This document shows positions 17,168 through 26,800 of a stretch of 32,000 bases of DNA, piece by piece. Made by a program: the position numbers and the translations under genes. This stretch comes from Thermococcus kodakarensis KOD1. Its GTDB lineage: Archaea > Methanobacteriota_B > Thermococci > Thermococcales > Thermococcaceae. Below the pieces are notes generated by a model. It saw nothing but the letters and a program-made list of their open reading frames with translations. It was not told the origin of the DNA and made no database searches. The DNA is taken from assembly GCF_000009965.1 (NCBI RefSeq), contig NC_006624.1, positions 1,200,001-1,232,000 of the forward strand, read 5' to 3'. The stretch's first letter is position 1. Every line of letters starts with the position of its first letter.

Positions 17168-19129
17168 ATGAGGATAGTCGAAATTGAGGTTAATAATTTC
17201 AGGTCACTAAGAGCTGTAAAAATGCCCCTCGATGAACTTACAGTGTTGATCGGGAGAAATGGAGCTGGAAAATCATCGCTATTGCAGGCATTAGATTTGT
17301 TTTTTAACCCAAATGCCAAGTATTCCGAGGAAGACTTCTATAACAGAGATACGAGCAAACCCATACGAATTGCCATTAAATTTAGACTTGAGAACGATAA
17401 AGAACGTGAGGAATTTCAAAAATATGTGATAAATGAAGACAATGATCATGACTATATAAAAGTCGTGAAGATTATGAAATTTCCAGCATCAAAATCCAAC
17501 CAGTCTTACCATGGAGTTGTCAAGAGTATTCCCCAGTTTTCAAACTTACCTTCGAGGAAAGAGGACTTAATAGAAAGATACAAAGGGCTACAGAAAGAAT
17601 TTCCCGATTTACCCCATTTAGGGAGTAAGCCTACTAAGAAAAAGATTCTTGAAGCACTTGAAGAGTACAAAAACTCGCATCCTGAGAAATGGGAAGAAAC
17701 ACTGCAAGAAGACCAGTTTTTTGGATATAAAGAAGTCGGTCATGGAAAGATTGACAAGTTTATAAAGTTCTTATTAGTGCCCGCAGTTAAAAGTGTCTCT
17801 GAAGAGACTGAATACAAAAAGGGGAGTATTATTACAGAACTTACCCAATTGATAATAGAAGAACATATAAGGTCAATTCCTGAGTTTAATCGTCTAGAAA
17901 AGAGGTATAAACACTTACTTAAAAGTCTAGAGGCACACAGAAAAACAGGAAAGGATAAGCTATTCTCTGAACTTAGCAACGAGCTAACACAAATCCTAGA
18001 AAAATTTGCACCAAATACACAAGCCAACATCAGTTGGGGTAATCTAGATGATTTCAAGATCCCACTACCAGTCCCAACTGTGTTAGTTACAGAAGACGGT
18101 TTCGAAACGAGTGCCGAACGAGTTGGTCATGGTACGCAAAGGGCTCTTTTGTTCTCTTTATTGCAGTATATGACTGCAAAAAGACATGAACTCAATAAAA
18201 TGAAAAATGTGGGTAGAGATTCAGATGAAAAAGATCAGAAATTAACTCTACTTTTGGTTATTGAAGAACTAGAGTTATATCAACACCCTCAGCGTCAAAA
18301 GCATCTGCACAAATTATTCAAGGATCTTGCTGGGAATACTTTTGGTGGATTTAATATACAGGTAATGTACTCCACTCATTCTCCTTTTTTAATTAGTACT
18401 GACACATTTGATAGCCTGAGAGTATTCAAGAAAATTAAAACCCAAAAATCACGTAAACTAAGAGAGACCAAAATTTATTGGTATCCACAACAGGAACTTC
18501 AGAAAGACCTAAAACGCTACGGGATAGACTCCCCATCAAAACACGTTAAAAAATTCACGACTACAGTAAATCCTGTGATGAGTGAAGGATTCTTCGCGGA
18601 TAAAGTAGTATTAGTTGAGGGAGAAAGTGACAGAGCCGCTCTAGAGGTCGTTGCTGAACATAACGGTGTTGACCTCAATGGCAACAATATTTCAATAATC
18701 CCCGTAGGCGGGAAGGGGAACATACTTACGGCATATTTAATGTTTAATGGATTTAATATTCCAACGTACCCTATATGGGATCTAGACCTGTATCCCGATG
18801 AAATGAACAAAAAATTGTTTAGTGCAGTACAGTACAAAACTAAAAGGACACCTACTTCCCCTATTGTGAGGAAGAATTTCGCAGTCTTTAACAAAAATTT
18901 AGAAGACGTAATAAAAAACGACTTAGGTGAGAAAAATTGGGGGGTGTTGTTTAGTAAACTAAAACGAGAAAATCTTGTCATTAGTGGAAAGGATTTAAAG
19001 AATTATACCCCCATGAGACGATTCATTGAACTATGGTATTATCCACCAAATGACATCAAAGACAGGTTATCCCGCGATGCCTCTCTTAAAATACTGGAAA
19101 GAATAGTTGAAAAGATATCACGATTGTAG
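17168..19129 (+). CDS. OLD-family ATP-dependent nuclease (ABC-type ATPase domain plus C-terminal Toprim domain)
   Basis: Walker A GRNGAGKSS (nt 17252-17278). Signature-like VGHGTQRALLFSLL. Walker B LLLVIEELELYQHP. H-loop YSTHSP. Toprim VVLVEGESDRAALE (from nt 18605) and a downstream WDLDLYPDE acidic motif. Confidence 0.85.
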   Translation: MRIVEIEVNNFRSLRAVKMPLDELTVLIGRNGAGKSSLLQALDLFFNPNAKYSEEDFYNRDTSKPIRIAIKFRLENDKEREEFQKYVINEDNDHDYIKVVKIMKFPASKSNQSYHGVVKSIPQFSNLPSRKEDLIERYKGLQKEFPDLPHLGSKPTKKKILEALEEYKNSHPEKWEETLQEDQFFGYKEVGHGKIDKFIKFLLVPAVKSVSEETEYKKGSIITELTQLIIEEHIRSIPEFNRLEKRYKHLLKSLEAHRKTGKDKLFSELSNELTQILEKFAPNTQANISWGNLDDFKIPLPVPTVLVTEDGFETSAERVGHGTQRALLFSLLQYMTAKRHELNKMKNVGRDSDEKDQKLTLLLVIEELELYQHPQRQKHLHKLFKDLAGNTFGGFNIQVMYSTHSPFLISTDTFDSLRVFKKIKTQKSRKLRETKIYWYPQQELQKDLKRYGIDSPSKHVKKFTTTVNPVMSEGFFADKVVLVEGESDRAALEVVAEHNGVDLNGNNISIIPVGGKGNILTAYLMFNGFNIPTYPIWDLDLYPDEMNKKLFSAVQYKTKRTPTSPIVRKNFAVFNKNLEDVIKNDLGEKNWGVLFSKLKRENLVISGKDLKNYTPMRRFIELWYYPPNDIKDRLSRDASLKILERIVEKISRL

Positions 19130-19135
19130 GGTATA

Positions 19136-20629
19136 TCAATTTGATTTTGCACTATCAACGACCTTTGCCCACCCCATAGCCCTCTTTACTGCTTCTTTCC
19201 AGCCTTTGTAGAGTCTCTCCCTAGTTTTCTCATCCATCTTCGGCTCGAAAATTCTTTCAGCCTTCCACAGCTCGGCTATTTCTCTCGTGTCCGCCCAATA
19301 ATCAACGGCAAGCCCCGCGAGGTAAGCGGCGCCAAGAGCCGTTGTCTCCTTCACGACGGGCCTTATCACCTTTCTGTTCAAGATGTCCGCCTGGAACTGC
19401 ATGAGAAAGTCGTTTGCGGTGGCGCCACCATCGACGCGGAGCTCCTTGATCTGGACGAGCTTTTCCATCTCGTCAACAACATCCCTGGTAAGGTATGCTA
19501 TCGCCTCAAGCGTCGCCCTCGCGAGATGCTCCCTGCCCGTGCCGCGCGTTATGCCGATTATAATGCCCCTGGCAAACTGATCCCAGTAGGGAGCCCCTAG
19601 ACCAACGAAGGCGGGAACGAAATAAACGCCTTCGTTGCTCTCAAGCTTTGTGGCGAGTTCCTCTGTCTCAGAGGCATGCTTTATGATTTTTATTCCGTCT
19701 CTGAGCCACTGGACTGCCGCTCCAGTTACGAAAATGCTCCCCTCGAGGGCGTAGCTGACCCTTCCATTTAGGCCCCATGCTATCGTCGTGAGCAGGTTGT
19801 CCGAATAGAGCACCATCTTGTCCGTGTTCACGAGGATAAAGCTCCCCGTACCATAGGTGGCCTTCACCATTCCCGCCTCGAACGCCGCCTGTCCGAAGAG
19901 GGCCGCCTGCTGGTCACCTGCATCGCCGCTTACGGGAATCTCAGCCCCGAGAAGCTCCTTCTTTGTGTAGCCGTAAACTTCACTAGACTCCCTGACCTCA
20001 GGTAAAACGCTCTCAGGAATGTCGAAGAGCTCAAGGAGCTCATCGTCCCAGTCGAGCTTCTTAATGTTGAAGAGCATCGTCCTTGAGGCATTGGAATAGT
20101 CCGTAACGTGCTCTCCTGTAAGGCGGTAGATGAGGAAGGTATCGACCGTTCCGAACATCACCTCGCCTTTCTCGGCCTTCTCCCTTAAACCTGGAACGTT
20201 GTCAAGGAGCCACTTGAGCTTCGAGGCAGAAAAGTAGGCATCGGGGACGAGGCCGGTCTTCTCCTTTATCATCGTCCCGTACTCACGCTTTATCTCCTCA
20301 ACCATTTCAGCCGTTCTTCTGCACTGCCAGACTATTGCGTTGTAGAGCGGCTTACCATCTTTGTCCCATACAAGCGTCGTCTCGCGCTGGTTGGTAACTC
20401 CTATCGCCGCTATCTGATTCGGCTCTATTCTAGCGCTCTGGATGGCATCTTTTATCGCCCTGAGCTGGGCGTCCCATATCTCCTCGGGATTGTGCTCGAC
20501 CCATCCCGGCCTTGGATAGTGCTGGGGGAACTCATACTGGCCTATTCCGTGGATGTTGCTCTCCCTGTCGAAGATTATTGCCCTGGCGGAAGTTGTACCC
20601 TCGTCAAGAGAAAGAACGAACTTTTCCAT
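19136..20629 (-). CDS. glpK: Glycerol kinase
   Basis: [21 protein letters not shown]..., [10 protein letters not shown] and DGGATAN motifs. Start reset from the TTG at 20635 to the ATG at 20629 (GGTGAT plus 5 nt), giving 497 aa. Confidence 0.92.
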   Translation of the reverse strand: MEKFVLSLDEGTTSARAIIFDRESNIHGIGQYEFPQHYPRPGWVEHNPEEIWDAQLRAIKDAIQSARIEPNQIAAIGVTNQRETTLVWDKDGKPLYNAIVWQCRRTAEMVEEIKREYGTMIKEKTGLVPDAYFSASKLKWLLDNVPGLREKAEKGEVMFGTVDTFLIYRLTGEHVTDYSNASRTMLFNIKKLDWDDELLELFDIPESVLPEVRESSEVYGYTKKELLGAEIPVSGDAGDQQAALFGQAAFEAGMVKATYGTGSFILVNTDKMVLYSDNLLTTIAWGLNGRVSYALEGSIFVTGAAVQWLRDGIKIIKHASETEELATKLESNEGVYFVPAFVGLGAPYWDQFARGIIIGITRGTGREHLARATLEAIAYLTRDVVDEMEKLVQIKELRVDGGATANDFLMQFQADILNRKVIRPVVKETTALGAAYLAGLAVDYWADTREIAELWKAERIFEPKMDEKTRERLYKGWKEAVKRAMGWAKVVDSAKSN

Positions 20630-20678
20630 CTGCAATCACCTAAGAAAAATTAGAGGAAAGAGAACTTATTAGACTTGC

Positions 20679-21425
20679 TCATCTCAGCCCGAGCTTTTTA
20701 AGGTACTCTATCATCCTCACCACGTCGTTCGCTATAACCACTTCAAAGAGCCCCTTGAGCTTGGCGAGGTTATCGTCCTTGTAGAAGAGAACGTCGTTTT
20801 CAGTCCACAGAACAACCTTCAGGCCCAGGGAGCGGACCCAGTGAAGGGCCTGGAGGGTCTTTTCAAGCCCTATGAGCGGTATCGCCTCCATGGGGACGTT
20901 CACCGACCAGAGGTTGAGCTCATCCTTGAGCTTCGGGATTAAAGGCACCACTTCCTCACGGTCTATGAGGAGGCCCATCGTGGTCTCATCGTCGTACTTT
21001 CTGTACTCGCGGAGGGCATCTATATCAAAGGAGGATATCATTACCCGTTCAGGGTTGTTCTCTGCTACGATTTCAGCAACTTCGCGGGCGGCGTCTCTGT
21101 CCTTCAGCTCAACGTTCACAAGTGCATTCCTTGGAATGGCCTCAAAGACCTCTTCAAGCGTCGGGATCCTCTCACCCTGCCCAACGTCCGCCTTCTTGAG
21201 CTCTTCGAGGGTCATGTCCTTCTGCCTGCCCTTCATGTTGCTCGTCCTGTCTATGGTCTCGTCGTGCATCACCACTACGCGCCCGTCCTTTGTAAGCCAG
21301 ACGTCCAGCTCTATGCCGTCTGCACCTGCCTCAACCGCCTTCCTGAAGGCAAGGAGAGTGTTTTCAGGGTAGTTGCTCATGTACCCCCTGTGTCCGAGGA
21401 CGATAACCCTATCACGCTCCCACAT
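20679..21425 (-). CDS. Glycerophosphodiester phosphodiesterase (GDPD family)
   Basis: [54 protein letters not shown] is the canonical GDPD catalytic N-terminus. Start reset from the GTG at 21452 to the ATG at 21425. Confidence 0.85.
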
Positions 21426-21441
21426 AACAACCGCCTCGCGT

Positions 21442-22140
21442 TCAATACGCACCGTTCATAAAAGCTTTTCTCAGGCGGGCGGGGTCGTCGGAAATTACTG
21501 CATCAACAAATGGCAGAAGTCTTGGAACCCACCTCACCTCGTCCATCCTGTAGTTCCAGAGGAATATCTTGAGCCCCCTTTTCCGGGCAGCCCGGAGAAT
21601 TGCAGTTAGGTTCCTGAAGCCAATGTATGAAACTGCATCTATTGGAACGTGAACGGAGTAGAGCCCCTTTAAAGTTGGAAGGAGGAGGGCGTTTGAATAT
21701 CCGATTATTGAGAAGCCCACCCTGCAGTCCGGACACTCAGAAATCAGTTTCCTTACGATATCAGGATTATCTGCAGAAAACACCGAAGATGCAAAAAGAG
21801 AGTTCTTCTCAACCAGGTTCAAAAGCGGTTCCACGGCTTCAGGCTCTTTGACATCGAAATCGAAAAATCCTGAAACACTCCTGATCACTTCCTCAACACT
21901 GGGAACGAGCTTTCCAAGAGGGTGAAGGCGCTTTATTTCAGCAAAGGTTAATTCAGAGACGCAATAATACTCCCCATCGCTCCAGAAGCCCTCATCATGG
22001 TGGACTATAATCTTACCATCCCCAGTAACCCTGACGTCCATCTCAACACCGTCAGCCCATCTGAGGGCCCTTTTGAAGGCTGGAATGGTGTTCTCAATCT
22101 TCCCCCTGCAACCCCTGTGTCCCAACGTGAGCACTCTCAT
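21442..22140 (-). CDS. Glycerophosphodiester phosphodiesterase paralog (GDPD family, divergent)
   Basis: [21 protein letters not shown]...[20 protein letters not shown] retains the GDPD His/Glu/Asp pattern. Confidence 0.78.
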
Positions 22141-22223
22141 CCTGCCCGATTATGTTCAAAAAACCCTTAAAAATGCTTCTTCCATAGATTTGGAGACTAT
22201 AAACGACAATAAAACAAGGGGTG

Positions 22224-23594
22224 ATGGAAGTGGCGGAGTTCAAATACAGCAGGATTTTCCTGCTCGGCTTCGGTTTCTTCGGTATAAGCATAATATGGGC
22301 TCTTTACAACGCATACATACCGCTATTTCTCCAAGACACGTTCCACATGAACAGGACGATAACTGGATTCATAATGACGATAGACAACCTCTTTGCAGTC
22401 CTGCTTCTGCCCTTCCTGGGCGCGCTCAGCGACATGACGAGGACAAGGCTCGGAAGGAGAAAGCCGTACATCCTGCTCGGCGCACCTTCAGCCGCGCTGA
22501 TGTTCGCGCTCATTCCCGTGGCGAGGGAACATGGCAACCTTGCTCTTTTCATGGGCACAATAATCTTCATGAACTTCTTCATGGCGCTCTTCCGCTCACC
22601 GGTCGTTGCGTTCATGCCCGATATAACCCCCAGCGAAAAGAGGAGCCAGGCTAATGGTATAATCAACTTCATGGGCGGCCTCGGAGCCCTTTTAGCATAC
22701 TTCGGCGGCAAAGTGCTCTACGACATGAGCTACGCCTACCCGTTCTACGCGGGCGCCCTTATTATGCTCCTTGCAAATCTGCTGGTTGTGCTCTTTGTTC
22801 CTGAGCCCGAGGAATACCGCGTTCCGGGTAAAAAGATAAACTTGAGAGAACTCCTCTCAGAGACCTCACGCAAAAGCTTCGGCGAGCTCAAGGAGAACCT
22901 CAAGGACGTCTTCGCCAGCCACGAGAGGAGCCTTCTTGCAATACTCCTGGCGATATTCTTCTGGTTTATAGCTTTTAACTCCCTTGAGACGTTCTTCACA
23001 AGCTACGTCAAGTACCACCTCTATGGAATTCCCGTTGGAGCGGCTGAAACGGAGATAACGAGGAAAATAGAAAGCACGGGTGCCTTCATGCTTGGAATGT
23101 TCAGCCTCAGCTTCATGATCTTTGCAATACCCGCAGGATTCCTTGGAGCGAGAATAGGAAGGAGGAAAACGATAACCCTCGGTCTCCTAACGATAATCGC
23201 GATAATCCTTGCGGCGTTCTTCATCGGCGAAACATCAAAGCCACAGGAAGTTGCACTCACAGACCCCGTTATCATGAAGTTCATGGGCCTGTTCTTCGTC
23301 GGGGGAATAGGCTGGGCCATGATTAACGTCAACTCGCTACCAATGGTCGTTGACATGACCGTGGACGAGAAAGTCGGCGGCTACACAGGACTCTACTACT
23401 TCTTCAGCCAGGCGGCCAACCTGGTGGCACCGCCTTTCGCAGGTGCACTGCTTGATCTGATAGGCTACGAAACCCTCCTGCCGTTTGCAATGGCGTTCTT
23501 CCTGCTGGCACTGATAGCGATGCAGTTCGTCAGGAGGGGTGATGTCAAGGGTGGCGCCGAGGACGTTTACGAGTACGTCCCCGATATGGACTGA
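22224..23594 (+). CDS. MFS permease (GPH / SLC45-like subfamily)
   Basis: About 12 TM segments. The loop motif TRLGRRKPYILLG is like the RxGRRRP motif of GPH/SLC45-type transporters. The start is uncertain: the ATG at 22224, or the GTG at 22230, which has the GGTGAT plus 4 nt context. Confidence 0.75.
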   Translation: MEVAEFKYSRIFLLGFGFFGISIIWALYNAYIPLFLQDTFHMNRTITGFIMTIDNLFAVLLLPFLGALSDMTRTRLGRRKPYILLGAPSAALMFALIPVAREHGNLALFMGTIIFMNFFMALFRSPVVAFMPDITPSEKRSQANGIINFMGGLGALLAYFGGKVLYDMSYAYPFYAGALIMLLANLLVVLFVPEPEEYRVPGKKINLRELLSETSRKSFGELKENLKDVFASHERSLLAILLAIFFWFIAFNSLETFFTSYVKYHLYGIPVGAAETEITRKIESTGAFMLGMFSLSFMIFAIPAGFLGARIGRRKTITLGLLTIIAIILAAFFIGETSKPQEVALTDPVIMKFMGLFFVGGIGWAMINVNSLPMVVDMTVDEKVGGYTGLYYFFSQAANLVAPPFAGALLDLIGYETLLPFAMAFFLLALIAMQFVRRGDVKGGAEDVYEYVPDMD

Positions 23595-23720
23595 AGCTTC
23601 CTTTCCTTCTTTGCTGTTTTTGTCTTTGGAAATCCAAAAGTGTAAAAAGTCACGACAACCAGAATTTTGTTTAGTCTGGATACATCCAGCGAAACAATGG
23701 GAAAATTAGGGGGTGTTAAC

Positions 23721-25052
23721 ATGGAATCCGAATCGAACCAGGGTGTTGTGAGGAAGGGCTTCAGCTGGGGTCTTGTCCTTGGTCTCGCCCTGCTCGGTTT
23801 CAGCAGGAGCGTTGGATGGGCTCTAAACAAGGGGCTGTCCTTCCCGCTGTTGTCGAGCTATACCCAGTCGGCGTTTGTTAAAGGTACGATACTGGCCCTC
23901 GAGGGATTGATCGGAATACTTGTCCCACCGCTCCTCGGCTATTACAGCGATACCCTGAAGTCGAAGCACGGGAGGAGAAGACCTTTCATTATGATTGGAG
24001 GCCTTCTGGCGGGCATAGCAGCTATAATGATATACACCGCCTACGCCATGAGTGTTCCGCTGATCGGCTTCGCCCTGACGCTGGCGTTCTTCTATCTCTC
24101 AATGCATCTCTACACGGCCCAGTTCAGGGCCCTTATGCCCGATACAGTTGAGAGCGGAAAGCGTGGAACTGCGAGCGGCGTTATAACCTTGCTGGAGTGG
24201 GCCGGTAACCTCTTCCTCTTCGGACTGGCCGGCTACCTAATCGCTAAGGCCGTGGACATGACTGGGGAGAGTGAGGGAATAAAGGCACTCACCCAGACGC
24301 CTTACCTCAAGATACCCTTCCTCGTCACGGCGTTCTTCCTTATTGGTGCAGCAGTCTTTGTCTACCTCATTGTCAGAGAACCCGAGGCACCCGACATCGA
24401 GGAGAACGAGAGCCTTGGAGAGTACCTCTGGAGCATCGTCAGGAACAGGGACTTCCTCAAGTTCTACGCGGCTCAGACTCTCTGGTGGATGAGCTTTGAG
24501 TTCATCGCGGTTTTCCTCTACGGAATCCTCGCGTTCATACTCTACGGTTCAGCAACGGAGGAGAACATCAAGGCGGTAACATCCCTCGGCCTTTACCTGA
24601 TGGCGCTCTTCAACGTCGCCGTTCTTCTCGGTGCCCTGCCAGGAGGAATCATCTACGACAAGCTCGGCAGAAGGCTGAGCATAGTCCTTGGAGGCCTGAT
24701 CTTTGCAATTCCACAGATATGGGGATGGTTCATAACGACCAAGGCCCAGATAACGATAGCCTTAGGAATAGCGGGCATAGGCTGGGGAATCCTCATGGCG
24801 GCATCGTACCCAGTAATCGGCGACCTTCTGACCAAGTTCGAGAGGGAAGCGTTCACGGGCAGATACTACGGCTTCTTCGAAGCCACCCGCTCCCTCCCGG
24901 TGCTCCTCGCAGGAACGATCGGTGGGGCAATCGTTGACCTCGCGGGCGAGAACTACAGGGTGCTTTTCCCGATAGGTGCCCTCCTCGTACTCCTCGCGCT
25001 ACCGATGGTGTGGATGATGAAGAACCTTGACGTCGAGGGAGGGAAGGAGTAA
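23721..25052 (+). CDS. MFS permease paralog (GPH / SLC45-like subfamily)
   Basis: SKHGRRRPFIMIGG loop motif and a polytopic profile. Start reset to the ATG at 23721 (AGGGGGTG plus 5 nt). Confidence 0.75.
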   Translation: MESESNQGVVRKGFSWGLVLGLALLGFSRSVGWALNKGLSFPLLSSYTQSAFVKGTILALEGLIGILVPPLLGYYSDTLKSKHGRRRPFIMIGGLLAGIAAIMIYTAYAMSVPLIGFALTLAFFYLSMHLYTAQFRALMPDTVESGKRGTASGVITLLEWAGNLFLFGLAGYLIAKAVDMTGESEGIKALTQTPYLKIPFLVTAFFLIGAAVFVYLIVREPEAPDIEENESLGEYLWSIVRNRDFLKFYAAQTLWWMSFEFIAVFLYGILAFILYGSATEENIKAVTSLGLYLMALFNVAVLLGALPGGIIYDKLGRRLSIVLGGLIFAIPQIWGWFITTKAQITIALGIAGIGWGILMAASYPVIGDLLTKFEREAFTGRYYGFFEATRSLPVLLAGTIGGAIVDLAGENYRVLFPIGALLVLLALPMVWMMKNLDVEGGKE

Positions 25053-25930
25053 TGGGATTGCTCCTTTCCATTTTTGTCCTTGCAGTCATTGTTTTTCTCG
25101 CGTTTGTGGCCTTCGTCGGCTACAAGATGGTCAAACCCCCGAGGCTGGTTGAGGACTGGACGCCAAAGGACTTGGGCTTTGACTACGAAGACGTCGAGTT
25201 CACAACGGAAGACGGCGTTAAACTCAGCGGCTGGTGGGTTGACAACGGGAGCAATAAGACTGTAATTCCGCTCCACGGCTACACTGCGAGCAGGTGGTAC
25301 TCCCTTTACATGAAGCCGACCGTCGAGTTCCTCCTAAAGGAGGGCTACAACGTCCTCGTCTTTGACTTCCGCGCCCACGGAAAGAGCGGAGGGAATTACA
25401 CAACGGTTGGCGACAAAGAGCTCTTGGACGTTAAGGCCGCCGTGGAGTGGCTGAAAAAGACCCACCCGGAGAGGGCAGGCAAGATTGGACTCATCGGCTT
25501 CTCAATGGGGGCTATGGTCACCATAAGGTCGCTCGCAGAGATTGAAGACGTCTGCTGCGGCGTCGCCGACAGTCCGCCAATGTATCTGGACAAAACCGGG
25601 GCAAGGGGTCTGAAGTACTTCGCTAACCTTCCAGAGTGGCTCTACGTCTTTGTCAAGCCATTTACGAAGCTCTTCAGCGGCGGAAAGGAGATACATCCCA
25701 TCGAGTACGCGGACAGGGTCAAGAAACCACTTCTCATAATAGCCGGGGAAAAAGACCCGCTCGTTAAGGTGGAAGAAGTCAGGGAGTTCTACGAGAGGAA
25801 CAGGAAGATCAACCCGGACATTGAGCTGTGGGTTACCGATGCACCCCACGTTAGAACCCTCAAGTTCCACCCAGAGGAGTGGAAGGCAAGAGTCAGGGAG
25901 TTTTTTAACAGAGCCTTCAACAACCCATGA
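25052..25930 (+). CDS. Membrane-anchored alpha/beta-fold hydrolase (esterase/lipase-like)
   Basis: N-terminal TM helix, HGYTASRW, nucleophile elbow GFSMGA and late DAPH. TAATG stop/start overlap with the preceding MFS gene. Confidence 0.75.
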   Translation: MGLLLSIFVLAVIVFLAFVAFVGYKMVKPPRLVEDWTPKDLGFDYEDVEFTTEDGVKLSGWWVDNGSNKTVIPLHGYTASRWYSLYMKPTVEFLLKEGYNVLVFDFRAHGKSGGNYTTVGDKELLDVKAAVEWLKKTHPERAGKIGLIGFSMGAMVTIRSLAEIEDVCCGVADSPPMYLDKTGARGLKYFANLPEWLYVFVKPFTKLFSGGKEIHPIEYADRVKKPLLIIAGEKDPLVKVEEVREFYERNRKINPDIELWVTDAPHVRTLKFHPEEWKARVREFFNRAFNNP

Positions 25931-25990
25931 ATTACCCTTTTTTGATTTTTTGTAGCAACACTTTTAAAAGGAAACTACATCACTACCCCT

Positions 25991-26800
25991 ATGAAAAAAT
26001 TGCTGGTAATAACAACGGCACTTATCCTGGCAATCGGGGCGGGCATCTTTCTGTATGAGAATCGGGAATATTACTCTCCGGATTTGTCCATAACCCAGAA
26101 CGATAGTGTGTCAGAGAGTCACGCCAACACATCCAGCACATTTCCTAGCTCCTGTCGGCTTGTTATCCTCGTCCACGATGTAAGCCCGGTTTACCTCAAA
26201 GAGCTTAAGGAAATAACCGAGATAATCGACGAATACGGCATGGCCAACAACACGTACTTCTTTGTGATCCCAAACCACGCGGGAAAGCATCCCATAGATA
26301 AGGATCCCGATTTTGTAAATTTCCTGAAAGAGTCCCAAGCTAAAGGTTACCATATAGAGCTCCATGGCTACATGCATGAATACAGAGAGTTCGACTGCGA
26401 CGCGGGAACTGCGCGCAAGAAGCTGGAGCTTGGCCTGGAAGAGTTGAGGGCACTGAACTTTTCGCCCAGCTACTTCGTACCTCCCAACTACGCCATATCT
26501 GAAGATGCCCTGAAGGTAGTGCTATCCCACAATCTGAGCGTTATAACCAAGGACACATTGTACACTCCCCAAGGAACTTCATACAAAATCATGAACAGGG
26601 AGTACACCTGGTACCTTTCGAATTCAAGTGCTAAGTTCAGCCTCACATTGAAAAGAGCAAAACATGACTATACGAGATGCAGGGGCACCTTCTACTTATC
26701 AATTCACCCAAAGGCCGTAAACTATGGGGCAGGACTCAAGTTTCTGAGGGAGTTCCTCTCCTTCGCCGTTGAAAGGAACTCTCCCAACCACGAACGTTGA
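25991..26800 (+). CDS. DUF2334 / polysaccharide-deacetylase-like protein with N-terminal anchor
   Basis: LVILVHDVSP...HGYMHEY pattern reminiscent of DUF2334. TATA-like CTTTTAAAAG about 25 nt upstream. Confidence 0.55.
   Translation: MKKLLVITTALILAIGAGIFLYENREYYSPDLSITQNDSVSESHANTSSTFPSSCRLVILVHDVSPVYLKELKEITEIIDEYGMANNTYFFVIPNHAGKHPIDKDPDFVNFLKESQAKGYHIELHGYMHEYREFDCDAGTARKKLELGLEELRALNFSPSYFVPPNYAISEDALKVVLSHNLSVITKDTLYTPQGTSYKIMNREYTWYLSNSSAKFSLTLKRAKHDYTRCRGTFYLSIHPKAVNYGAGLKFLREFLSFAVERNSPNHER

Larger units (their letters stand above)
15897..19135. other. Low-GC two-gene islet inserted between the glpA-like operon promoter and the 3' end of glpK
   Basis: Abrupt, visually obvious drop in G+C, with third codon positions switching to A/T relative to both flanks. 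It interrupts an otherwise co-oriented glycerol catabolic cluster. No integrase or transposase is present. Boundaries are approximate. Confidence 0.6.
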
